DNA of 64,000 bases from Candidatus Poribacteria bacterium (GTDB taxonomy: Bacteria > Poribacteria > WGA-4E > WGA-3G), in assembly GCA_965198235.1 (NCBI GenBank), contig OZ240248.1, positions 1,120,001-1,184,000 of the forward strand. The letters are read 5' to 3'. The position numbers and the translations under genes are program-made. The notes beneath the pieces are model-generated. The model did no database searches and was not told the DNA's origin. It worked only from the letters and a program-made list of their open reading frames with translations. Each line of letters begins with the position of its first letter. The stretch's first letter is position 1. Shown here one piece after another: positions 1 to 8,902 of this stretch.

Positions 1-1
1 C

Positions 2-328
2 ACTCCACAAGCGATTCCAGAAATTTATCGACAGGCATCTCCTGGAACTGCCGAGGTAAAGAAAAGAACGCCGACTCTCATTCAGCACGGCGATACCGAT
101 GCTGTCGTCCCTTTCACGAACGCACAGGAATTACATCGTGCACTCGAAGCACAAGATGTCCCTGTCGAATTCTTCCGCTATCCGGGTATGGGACACGGCG
201 TGCCTAACGTGAATCCGCGGGCTGCCAGGGCAGTGATGTCGCATAACTTGAAGTGGTTCTGCCACCACCTTCTTGGGCAGCCACCCATTTGGGATTACCC
301 CGGTGAGTGGGAGTACCCCCTAGACTAG
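2..328 (+). CDS. S9 prolyl oligopeptidase family protein, C-terminal part (cut by window start)
   Basis: Manual translation gives ..TPTLIQHGDTDAVVP...FFRYPGMGHG..*, the Asp and His catalytic motifs of S9 peptidases; stop TAG at 326-328. Confidence 0.8.
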   Translation, partial: TPQAIPEIYRQASPGTAEVKKRTPTLIQHGDTDAVVPFTNAQELHRALEAQDVPVEFFRYPGMGHGVPNVNPRAARAVMSHNLKWFCHHLLGQPPIWDYPGEWEYPLD

Positions 329-335
329 GCGATCA

Positions 336-1631
336 TTATCCGTTCCGAATATCCGATACTTCTTCAAAAATGACACGGTGGTAACGCTTTTTCCCGGCGC
401 GAAGGAGTAATGCATTCTCCTCAATCATGCTAGCATCAACAGTAGTATCTATCGCACGATACTGTTTCTCGTTGATGTAGGCACCGCCTTGTTGAACGAG
501 CCGTCGCGCCTCGCTACGTGAATTCGCCAATCCGACCTCATGGAACAACTCCATAATCGGGATGCCACTTTCAAATCGCTCGGGAGCGATAACAGAAGTG
601 GGCATTGCTATATCATCTAGCTTACCGCCACCAAATGCGGCACGCGCCGCTGCTTGTGCTTTGTCTGCCTCCACTTTTCCATGGGCAAGTTGTGTGACTT
701 CATAGGCGAGAATTTCTTTTGCTTCCTGAATGTTTTCGTCTTTAAGTTCCCCTAATCGCCGGATTTCCTCCATGGGAAGGAAGGTAAAACAGGCTAAGAA
801 CCGCGCAACATCTCGGTCGTCTGTGTTAATCCAGTATTGATAGAATTCGTAAGGAGATGTCCGGTTTGCATCGATCCACACTGCACCACCTGCGGTTTTT
901 CCCATCTTCGTCCCATTTGCGGTAGTGAGCAACGGCACTGTGACTGCGTATACCCGTTCGCCTGCGATCCGGCGGACGAGATCGACTCCAGCAAGGATAT
1001 TGCCCCACTGGTCGTCTCCGCCGAGCTGGAGGCGGCACTCGTATTTTTGAAAAAGACGCAAATAATCGTATGCCTGGATGAGTTGATAATTAAATTCAAG
1101 GAATGAGAGCCCTTGCTCGCGCTCAAGCCGCTGCCGGTAGCCTTCTGCGCGGATCATTTCATTGACTCGGAAATGTTTACCGATGTCGCGTAGAAATTCG
1201 ATATAATTTATAGAAAGTAGCCAATCGGCATTGTTAAGGAACCTGCCGGCTTTCGGGACAGTTTCCGAATTATCTGCCCTTCCTGTTCCATTATTCAGAT
1301 CTAAGTAACGTTGCAGCTGTGCAAGGATACCCTCACCGTTAGCTGCGATTTGTTCCTTTGACAACATGGAACGCATCTCGGTCTTGTCTGTCGGGTCGCC
1401 AATCATAGTTGTTCCACCACCGATAATAGCGATCGGTCTATGTCCTGCGCGCTGCAGATGTGCCATCGCCATTACAGGGACCAGATTCCCGATATGCAGA
1501 CTCGTCGCTGTCGCATCAAAACCGACGTAGCAGGTGATCTGTTTTTCCGATAACAGGTTTGCGACACGCGCTTCATCGCTACATTGTTGAATGAGACCCC
1601 GTTCCTTCAGGGTTTCAAAAACGCTTCCCAT
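336..1631 (-). CDS. tyrS: Tyrosine--tRNA ligase
   Basis: HIGN and KMGKT class I motifs, GGDDQWGN, C-terminal S4 domain (SRSEARRLVQQGG). Confidence 0.98.
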   Translation of the reverse strand: MGSVFETLKERGLIQQCSDEARVANLLSEKQITCYVGFDATATSLHIGNLVPVMAMAHLQRAGHRPIAIIGGGTTMIGDPTDKTEMRSMLSKEQIAANGEGILAQLQRYLDLNNGTGRADNSETVPKAGRFLNNADWLLSINYIEFLRDIGKHFRVNEMIRAEGYRQRLEREQGLSFLEFNYQLIQAYDYLRLFQKYECRLQLGGDDQWGNILAGVDLVRRIAGERVYAVTVPLLTTANGTKMGKTAGGAVWIDANRTSPYEFYQYWINTDDRDVARFLACFTFLPMEEIRRLGELKDENIQEAKEILAYEVTQLAHGKVEADKAQAAARAAFGGGKLDDIAMPTSVIAPERFESGIPIMELFHEVGLANSRSEARRLVQQGGAYINEKQYRAIDTTVDASMIEENALLLRAGKKRYHRVIFEEVSDIRNG

Positions 1632-1642
1632 TTTTCACCCCT

Positions 1643-1682
1643 AAAAAAAATACCCAACATTGAATCATTTTCAACGTCGGGT
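1643..1682 (-). terminator. Intrinsic terminator (attenuator) directly before the tyrS RBS
   Basis: RNA ACCCGACGUUGAA-AAUGA-UUCAAUGUUGGGU forms a 13-bp stem (2 G-U pairs), followed by A and U8. Confidence 0.85.
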
Positions 1683-1735
1683 GGTGATAATTTGAACTGA
1701 TTAAAAAACCTTAAAACATCATTGTTTACAAACCT

Positions 1736-1885
1736 TCACCACCTCCCGTTGCAGTATAAATAGTAATACAGTCCGAGCGTAAAAAGGGCGTACGTGTAGG
1801 AACCACCGGAGCGTAAGTACACCTGCACGAGCCGGACGCTGCTTATTTGTACTGAAGAGAGAGTATTGTGGTAAAGTGTGTGCAT
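1736..1885 (-). CDS. Putative Tyr-rich leader peptide of tyrS (49 aa)
   Basis: MHTLYHNTLSSVQISSVRLVQVYLRSGGSYTYALFTLGLYYYLYCNGRW*; 8 Tyr codons, YYYLY shortly before the stop; stop region overlaps the antiterminator strand. Confidence 0.75.
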   Translation of the reverse strand: MHTLYHNTLSSVQISSVRLVQVYLRSGGSYTYALFTLGLYYYLYCNGRW

Positions 1886-1953
1886 GTTCGATTTTTTTTC
1901 GTAGTGTAAGGCTGTGGTTAGATCGAAACCTTCCTACATTCTTTCCTAAATAT

Positions 1954-1982
1954 ATTATATCAGAAAGTGTTCGGCACATCAA
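1954..1982 (-). promoter_or_regulatory. Sigma70 promoter for the tyrS leader
   Basis: TTGATG-N17-TATAAT with extended TG on the minus strand. Confidence 0.7.
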
Positions 1983-2086
1983 GTGTTTTCAACCAAACCG
2001 TATTGTATCATAACCCGTGGGAGCACCCGCGTAGTTGCTACAAAGAGATAAGACAGGTTCGCGCATGAAGTAGCGGTGTTTTTGTG

Positions 2087-4492
2087 TCAAAATTCATATG
2101 TAGCTCCGAAAGCGAAGTTAAAAGGGAACCGCACCGGACTTCTATACTCCGAGGTTTCCAAGTCTATGGGTAATTCTTCGGCATCTGCCTTTTTGAATTC
2201 TGTAACGAGTTTATCAGGGAAACTGAAATTAATTTTATTTTGGCTGTTATAGACATTCCAGACCTCGATGAACTCTGTTACAGGGATGCCCCATTGGGTT
2301 CTTTTGCGACTCAAGCGCAGATCTAGGGTGTGATACGCTTGAAGCGCAGCGGGCGCAATCGCACCAGCAACATCGGAGAGGGCTGGATGCATACCGAGCG
2401 TCACTGGGTCTTGAATCATCAAGAGTGTACTCAGGGGAACTGCAGAAGTACCGCTTGCATATTGCCACTTTATGCCGATATTGTTTATCGGTGTTGGGCT
2501 ATAGTTAGCGACGACACTGACGATGTGCGTATTGTCAAAGAGGAACGGTTTGTAGGCAGCATCGAGTGTCTCACGGCGTTCGGCATGCGTATAGGCGTAT
2601 GAGACCCATCCGAAAAACTTTTCGCTGATGCGGTGTCGCAAGAGTGCCTCTACGCCGTTCACATAACCTGTTCCTTGATTGAGATACGCAGTTGTAATCG
2701 GTGTATTCGTGTCATCAAAAAAGGCATCCGTGTTGACGGACCGAGTGACTAATTTTTTCAGATCTTTGTAATAAAGCGCGAGTTTGAGTTCGGTTTGTGA
2801 TGAGAGATGATGTTCTAATTCTACGACATAATGCTCGGCAATGCTCGATTTTAGGTTCTTATTTCCATCTCTGCTTAGCACCTGATATGCGAATGGGCTC
2901 TGTTCGTATCTGCCGTAGGCGAATCGGAGCTTGGAAGTTGTTGGGAGCGTGATGCTAAGGCTCCCGCGCGGTTGAATTGAGAGTTCTTCGGTCAGGTTGA
3001 GGTAATCAAATCTCACACCCAGGGCGAGCGACAGAAATGATAGCGGATCGTAGCGTGCTTGTAGGTATCCCTCGGCACGCTGGAAACCGTAGTTAAGTGT
3101 ATCGTATTTCTCTTTCCAAACGAGTTTCTCATCATCGGAACTGATGTTCTCTGGGAGAATGGTGCGTGTTGAACTTTCGGCTGGACTGAAGGCAAAGAGA
3201 AATCCCGGCTCGACTTGAAGGGTGGGTGTGAACTTATAGGACAGGTCTTCGCGAAGGGTATAGGTCGGGGCATTGACCAGGGCAGTGTAGACAAATTTCT
3301 CACTTGGGGAGCTGTCCTCTCGGCTGGAACCGCCACCGAAATTGAGATTCAGAAAATTATAGGAGTGTGTAAACGAGAGGTGGGATGTGAGTCTATCAGT
3401 AAGATGTGAGCGGAGATGGATGCCTTCTGCCTGAAACCCGTTTTTGAAATAGGCGGAAAAATTAGTGGATTCTTCTGTGTCATTAGATCCAGCACTGGAG
3501 AAGTCGAAGTGATCTGTCGCGCCTATAGCGTTAAGCGTTAGGTGATGTTTTTTGGTGAGTTGATAAGCAAATTTGAGTTGGTAATCCGACCAGCTGGGAA
3601 ATGTCCAATCAACGAAATACCTTAAAATGAGATCGATAGTCATGATACGCCCGGAGACCGATGCGTATCCTTTGTCTCCAATTTTTGCTTCAAAGAATCC
3701 AGAGGGTGCTATAAAGTTCATATCGAATACACCACCCCATTTCTTCTTCAAGTGTTCTCGGGAACGGATGTCAATAATAGCTTGTGAATCTAATCCAAAT
3801 TCCGCACCATAGCCACCGGCGTAAACGTGCATCGCCTCAATACTATCTGAATTCGTCGTTGTGAAGAGTCCACCAAAGTGAAACGGATAGCCAAGCGGGG
3901 TTCGATCGAGGTAGATGAGCGTGTCCCCTGGCGCGCTCCCGCGGATATAGAGGGCGCGAAAGAAATCGTTGGGAACACCGATGCCCGGCAGGGTCATGAG
4001 TGCTCTGAGGGCATCACGTCCGGCACCCGGAATCCGTATCATTTCGCTGCCTCGCATCACTTTACGGCTAATCGTTGGCGGAAGGCGTTGTCCTTCCACA
4101 ACCACTGTTTTGAGTTGGACAGTTGTTCCGACGTACATTTTCACCTGTGTGGTATCACCGGCTGTGACCTCTATTTTCGCAGTTGTCGGTGTCTTGGACG
4201 TTGGATGCAGAATCGACAGGGTATAGGTGCCGGGTGCGATACCGGTGAACTGAAAATTCCCGGAAGCGTCGGTTCTCGTAGACACATCGACTTCAATGCA
4301 GTGCACCTCTGCCGCAACTAAGGGTGCGTCGGTGTCATGTAAGTAGACGGTGCCTTCTATATCACCTGTGGTCGGCAAGACCAGCTGTCGGATGCTTTCG
4401 GACTTATCTTCTTTAGCAGTGTCTGTTTCGGCGAACACAGGGAACGGCATTATGAGCCCTATAAACAGGGCGGAATATAAGCAAAATTTCAT
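2087..4492 (-). CDS. TonB-dependent receptor with N-terminal carboxypeptidase-regulatory-like domain
   Basis: Signal peptide from MKFCLYS (start chosen at 4492), plug motif ALYIRGS, YAGGYGAEFG, C-terminal Phe. Confidence 0.88.
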   Translation of the reverse strand: MKFCLYSALFIGLIMPFPVFAETDTAKEDKSESIRQLVLPTTGDIEGTVYLHDTDAPLVAAEVHCIEVDVSTRTDASGNFQFTGIAPGTYTLSILHPTSKTPTTAKIEVTAGDTTQVKMYVGTTVQLKTVVVEGQRLPPTISRKVMRGSEMIRIPGAGRDALRALMTLPGIGVPNDFFRALYIRGSAPGDTLIYLDRTPLGYPFHFGGLFTTTNSDSIEAMHVYAGGYGAEFGLDSQAIIDIRSREHLKKKWGGVFDMNFIAPSGFFEAKIGDKGYASVSGRIMTIDLILRYFVDWTFPSWSDYQLKFAYQLTKKHHLTLNAIGATDHFDFSSAGSNDTEESTNFSAYFKNGFQAEGIHLRSHLTDRLTSHLSFTHSYNFLNLNFGGGSSREDSSPSEKFVYTALVNAPTYTLREDLSYKFTPTLQVEPGFLFAFSPAESSTRTILPENISSDDEKLVWKEKYDTLNYGFQRAEGYLQARYDPLSFLSLALGVRFDYLNLTEELSIQPRGSLSITLPTTSKLRFAYGRYEQSPFAYQVLSRDGNKNLKSSIAEHYVVELEHHLSSQTELKLALYYKDLKKLVTRSVNTDAFFDDTNTPITTAYLNQGTGYVNGVEALLRHRISEKFFGWVSYAYTHAERRETLDAAYKPFLFDNTHIVSVVANYSPTPINNIGIKWQYASGTSAVPLSTLLMIQDPVTLGMHPALSDVAGAIAPAALQAYHTLDLRLSRKRTQWGIPVTEFIEVWNVYNSQNKINFSFPDKLVTEFKKADAEELPIDLETSEYRSPVRFPFNFAFGATYEF

Positions 4493-4667
4493 GGATGGAT
4501 TTCGGCTTCCTTTAGAATAGGTTTGTAAGTGGATGCTCCCTGAAGTAACATCTTGCATCGAGGTGTAACACATACTGAAATGCCAGAAAATCGTCAATCT
4601 CGGTATGCTGAATGGCATAGTTATCGCCAGTTGGAATCACCCACATTTGCAGATAACGCTGATACCG

Positions 4668-6227
4668 TTACGGTTTCTGAAAAATCGTATCGTCCAATGC
4701 GGTATCAATCTCTGTTTTTGTAAAGGCGTAATTGACCGTTAACGCACCGTCCCCAATGAAGATTCCGTAGGAATTGGGCAACATTACACCTTCATAATCC
4801 GTGTAATCGTCGTAGTGAAGGACTGCGATAGCATTTTTGGCATTCATGCTTGTATAGGTGGTCTTCGCTCCGACGAGTAGGTTGGAAGCCTTATCGATAT
4901 AGAATACATCTTCCGTGTCAATGACGCGAATCACTGAGCATTCCTTACCTCGGAACAGTTCATCTTCATTTTGTTGAAATACGCTGCTACCAAGTTCTTC
5001 GTAGATTGCCTGCAATGGATAGATATAGGTTGTGCTTTTGGCACGCCCATATTCTGTTTCTGGAAGGATTGTTGGGCTGTTTGCCATAACAGATTTCCAA
5101 CCGTCTGTGCCATTCCAGATGGTGATCTCACGGAAAAGTTCACCGAAGTCGAGCTTAGTATACGATTTTTTTCCAACGATTGCTGCTATTTCAACGCTAC
5201 CCGATTCTTTCACGGGTTCTCCATTCCATTGCGTCAGTTGCGCGTCGCCGGAACGTTGGACATTCCGAATTTCTGAGAGCCGCGCGAGGCCGCCAATGGC
5301 ATTAAAGTGTGATTCAAGAATATCGTTAAGTTTCATGCCTGTTCCATTCCTTTTATTGGTGCCATCGGTATTTCCAAGCTGATTTCGCGCATCCGGTTTT
5401 GATAAGAGATCGAGAACAATGGGTGCGTCAATGAGTTCTACTGTCATTTCGGAAGTGGCATCAAAACTGTAGGGCTGCTGGAAGCGCGCCAAGTATTGGT
5501 TACTGATTCCTAACATCATTACAACAAGGATAGCCGTTGAGGCAGCAATTGCCCAGGGTACTATCGGTGGGTTGCCCCCGGTAGGTGGTAAGGGTTTGAT
5601 ACGCGGGATTTCACGCATGATATTCTCGGTTAAATTGGGAGATAGTTGAAAGCTGCCGAGAGCCTCTCGAATCATTGGTTCGTACTTCTTCAAACGTTCT
5701 CGTGCCCGGTGGACACGCGTCGCAACTGTATTGATGGATACGCCTAAAAACTCGCTTATCTCTGCGTATGTCATTTCGCCGAAATAGTAGAGCGTGATAA
5801 CGGTGCGATCGCTTTCCTTCAATTTCGCCAGTAAATTTTTTACGAGTTCGCGTTTTGTTTCCGCTGCACTTTCTGCCTGCTCTGCAGCGACATGTCTGGA
5901 ATAAGAACTCCTCTCTGTCATTGCTATATCTATCTCCTCTAAGGATTGCGTTTGGACACGTTTCTTGCGGAGCCATGCAAGGCAGCGGCGACTGGCGATG
6001 ACATAAAGCCACCCCGGAAACTGGCTTGGATCTTTCAGCGTCGCTAATTTCCGATAGACTTGTAGGAACGTTTCCTGCGTAATATCTTCGGCGGTATGGA
6101 AATCTCCTATTTTTCGCCATACAAGCGCGTGAACCCGCTTCTGGTACTTTCTAACCAAGCACGCAAAAGCAGCATCATCGCCTTCAAGGATACGTTGAAT
6201 CAGTTCAATATCGTTGTTTCTCATCAA
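4668..6227 (-). CDS. ECF sigma-70 factor with C-terminal TM helix and extracytoplasmic extension
   Basis: Region 2 (AEDITQETF..WLYVIA), region 4 (TYAEISEFLGVSINTVATRVHRAR), TM segment (WAIAASTAILVVMMLGI), then about 270 aa of soluble domain. Confidence 0.9.
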   Translation of the reverse strand: MMRNNDIELIQRILEGDDAAFACLVRKYQKRVHALVWRKIGDFHTAEDITQETFLQVYRKLATLKDPSQFPGWLYVIASRRCLAWLRKKRVQTQSLEEIDIAMTERSSYSRHVAAEQAESAAETKRELVKNLLAKLKESDRTVITLYYFGEMTYAEISEFLGVSINTVATRVHRARERLKKYEPMIREALGSFQLSPNLTENIMREIPRIKPLPPTGGNPPIVPWAIAASTAILVVMMLGISNQYLARFQQPYSFDATSEMTVELIDAPIVLDLLSKPDARNQLGNTDGTNKRNGTGMKLNDILESHFNAIGGLARLSEIRNVQRSGDAQLTQWNGEPVKESGSVEIAAIVGKKSYTKLDFGELFREITIWNGTDGWKSVMANSPTILPETEYGRAKSTTYIYPLQAIYEELGSSVFQQNEDELFRGKECSVIRVIDTEDVFYIDKASNLLVGAKTTYTSMNAKNAIAVLHYDDYTDYEGVMLPNSYGIFIGDGALTVNYAFTKTEIDTALDDTIFQKP

Positions 6228-6396
6228 ACACCTCTAAAAAGAAAGTACCTTATTTGGTATGGTATATAGTGACGCGACTTGGGAATAAAAACTTACATAA
6301 TTCCACGAAAAAGTGGTGTTTTATGGAAAATGATGACTTGTGATTAGGACAGTGCTTCTACTTGAAAATTGAATAGTGACGCGCTTTCCCTTTTCC

Positions 6397-6425
6397 TTGA
6401 CTTCCGTCTCATTTCCTGCTAAACT
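6397..6425 (+). promoter_or_regulatory. Sigma70 promoter for the TRAP/SSS genes
   Basis: TTGACT-N17-TAAACT with extended TG; implies the true TRAP start is downstream of 6376. Confidence 0.55.
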
Positions 6426-6525
6426 TAAAGAGATTTGGGCAATCTGTTATTCGCCTGTAGTCCAGTGCGTCAATTGCATGGGCTACTTGAGCACTTCGTC
6501 CCAGAAAACAGGTTCGGTTAATCTA

Positions 6526-8568
6526 TTGATACAAAAGTTAAAGGATAACATCTTTCTTGTAGTCGCAGTGCTGCTGTGTCTCTTTATCTTAGCCGAGGTC
6601 AACTATCCGCAGCTGACACCGCAATCAGAGTTAGCACTCTTCGCGATGCTGGGCTTAATAGTGGTATTTTTGAGATACCCTGTTCATCCACGTTTTGTGA
6701 ACAATCGTGCTTTCCGACTTTTGGATGTCGTGCTAATAGGCAGTGTGGTTATCTGTTTTGGCTACGTTCTGGGTCAGACGGAACCTATTTTTCAGACGTT
6801 CTGGTTAGACGGTAGGTCCCTCGGTGACCGGGCGGGAGCGGAGTTGCCACTGGATTACATCATCGGTGGGATTGGACTTATCTTAATATTAGAAGCGACG
6901 CGCCGTTCTATTGGTGTGACGCTTCCACTGCTCTCTCTCGCATTTCTTCTCTATGCCGGCTTTGGGCAGTTTATGCCGGATTGGTTGTTCCCGCATCGCG
7001 GGTATTCCGTTCAACGCATCGTCAGCCAGACGTTTTTACACAGTCAAGGTGCTTTTGGTATCGCACTTCGGGTAATGTTCACCTATGTTTTTCTGTTTGT
7101 ATTGTTTGGGACGTTGTTGGAGCGAACAGGGGCGACTAATTATGTCTTGGATTTGGCGGGGCGCGTGTTCGGTTCGAGTACAGGTGCACCTGCAAAGGTC
7201 GCTGTCCTGAGTAGCGGCATGATGGGATCGCTATCGGGTTCGGCTGTGGCAAACACGGCAACGACCGGTACATTCACGATTCCGTTGATGCAACGCGCAG
7301 GATTTCAACCAGCAATAGCAGGCGGAATTGAAGCCGCAGCGAGTTCTGGTGGCGCGTTGGTTCCGCCTATTATGGGCGCAGCCGCGTATATGATGCTGGA
7401 AATCGTGGAGCCTGCTGTTACGTATCTGGAGATTATCAAGGCGGCACTGCTTCCTGCAATTCTTTACTATACAGGGATGCTGTGCATGGTACACTTTGCG
7501 GCGAAGAGTAGTAGACATGCACTCGGTGCCATTCATAGTCCTGAAGAAGTGACTGACGACGATCGGGAGGAAAAACACGGGGAATTTCTGACGCTGCAAG
7601 GCGGTATCTTTCTCGCCGCGTTTGTTACGCTTATCGGGGTCCTGCTGATGGGTGCGACAGCGTTCCGCGCGGTGAGTTGGAGTCTATTGGTAGTCGTCGT
7701 GATAAGCCTGTTGAACTTCTTGGTCCGCCGAATCCACGGACAGCACTCGGCAACTGAAAGGCATCGCGATTTGGAGATCGCTCCTACCGGTATTGGCGTT
7801 TCGGATTTGCTGAAAGGGGTGAACTTCTTAATATCGCCTTGTGAGCGGGCAGCGCAGAGCGGTGTGTCATTGATTGCGGCTGCAGCATGTGTCGGTATCA
7901 TCTTAGGGGTGGTGACGCTGACGGGCATCGGTGGCAAGTTGCCGTCGATGCTCTTACCGCTTGCGTCTACGAACCTGATGTTGGCACTGTTCTTCCTTAT
8001 GATTTCAACGATTATTCTCGGGATGGGGTTGCCTTCATCGGTCTGTTATCTGCTAATGGCGATCTTGGTAGGTCCCGTACTTCTGGACTTAGGAGTCGTT
8101 CCGCTTGCGGCGCACTTTTTCATTTTCTATTTTGGGATGATGTCGATGGTGACCCCACCTGTCGCATTGGCGGCGTATGCTGCGTCTGCCATCGCGGGTT
8201 CCGGGATAATGGCAACGGGGTTCGCGGCGTTCAGGTTCGCTCTCGTCGGTTTTGCGCTGCCTTACGCGTTTGTTTTGAGACCCGCACTGCTCTGGCTCAG
8301 TGAGAGTGGGGGAACACCAGGGCTATGGACAGTTTTCGTGAATTTTTCGCTGACGCTCATCGGGACGGTTATCTTGGCAACTGCTATCGCTGGTTATATC
8401 TTTAACAGATTATCGTTTTGGACGCGCTGCCTCCTGTTTGCTGCGGCACTCATTCTCTTTTTTGTTCCGACGGGTATACAATTTGTGTGGATTCATGGGA
8501 TAGTAGCCCTTACGAGTGTTGCCATTTTCTACTATAATAGCCGTCAGCCATCAACCATCAGCGATTAG
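6526..8568 (+). CDS. TRAP transporter fused 4TM/12TM permease
   Basis: SGSAVAN, GIEAAASSGG..PPIMGAAAY, LGMGLP, TPPVALAAYAA motifs; start codon uncertain. Confidence 0.92.
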   Translation: MIQKLKDNIFLVVAVLLCLFILAEVNYPQLTPQSELALFAMLGLIVVFLRYPVHPRFVNNRAFRLLDVVLIGSVVICFGYVLGQTEPIFQTFWLDGRSLGDRAGAELPLDYIIGGIGLILILEATRRSIGVTLPLLSLAFLLYAGFGQFMPDWLFPHRGYSVQRIVSQTFLHSQGAFGIALRVMFTYVFLFVLFGTLLERTGATNYVLDLAGRVFGSSTGAPAKVAVLSSGMMGSLSGSAVANTATTGTFTIPLMQRAGFQPAIAGGIEAAASSGGALVPPIMGAAAYMMLEIVEPAVTYLEIIKAALLPAILYYTGMLCMVHFAAKSSRHALGAIHSPEEVTDDDREEKHGEFLTLQGGIFLAAFVTLIGVLLMGATAFRAVSWSLLVVVVISLLNFLVRRIHGQHSATERHRDLEIAPTGIGVSDLLKGVNFLISPCERAAQSGVSLIAAAACVGIILGVVTLTGIGGKLPSMLLPLASTNLMLALFFLMISTIILGMGLPSSVCYLLMAILVGPVLLDLGVVPLAAHFFIFYFGMMSMVTPPVALAAYAASAIAGSGIMATGFAAFRFALVGFALPYAFVLRPALLWLSESGGTPGLWTVFVNFSLTLIGTVILATAIAGYIFNRLSFWTRCLLFAAALILFFVPTGIQFVWIHGIVALTSVAIFYYNSRQPSTISD

Positions 8569-8701
8569 CAAGAAAATCTCTTTGCTCAAAACAGTCAGAA
8601 GAATGGTTATCGGTTACAAGAGGTCTCTGTTAAACGAAAATCTCTTAACTGACAACCGACAGCCGACAACCGATAGCCATTAAGAAAAAAGGAGGGGCCT
8701 C

Positions 8702-8902
8702 ATGAAACGTCCGATTAGATGGTTCTTATACTGTTTGCTCGTGCTATTCTTCCTACTTCACAACGATTTTTGGCTCTGGGAAACCCCTCAGTTTGTTTTA
8801 GGGTTGCCGGTAGGGTTGCTCTATCATATAGGGTTCTGCCTTGCAGCAATGTTGCTGATGGCGGCTTTCGTCAAAGAGCGAGGGGATTGGGGAGCACGAT
8901 GA
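8702..8902 (+). CDS. DUF3311-like small membrane partner of the SSS symporter
   Basis: HNDFWLW..GLPVGLLYH pattern, strong RBS, ATGA overlap with the next gene. Confidence 0.8.
   Translation: MKRPIRWFLYCLLVLFFLLHNDFWLWETPQFVLGLPVGLLYHIGFCLAAMLLMAAFVKERGDWGAR

Noticed and set aside
1632-1950. T-box riboswitch upstream of tyrS
   Set aside because: No GGUGGNACC motif adjacent to the terminator. The nearest look-alike (GGTGGTTCC) is over 110 nt upstream, and the Tyr-rich uORF explains the layout better.
1719-1982. 87-aa ORF from the track
   Set aside because: It starts at the -35 box, upstream of the predicted transcription start, and has no recognisable motif.
8590-8685. GCTGACA/CCGATAG-type short tandem repeats (also near 16130, 20010-20120, 21600-21695, 28640, 40945-41150, 49050-49130) as an RNA gene
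   Set aside because: Degenerate heptamer-like intergenic repeats with no tRNA or known ncRNA signature; treated as background repeat content.
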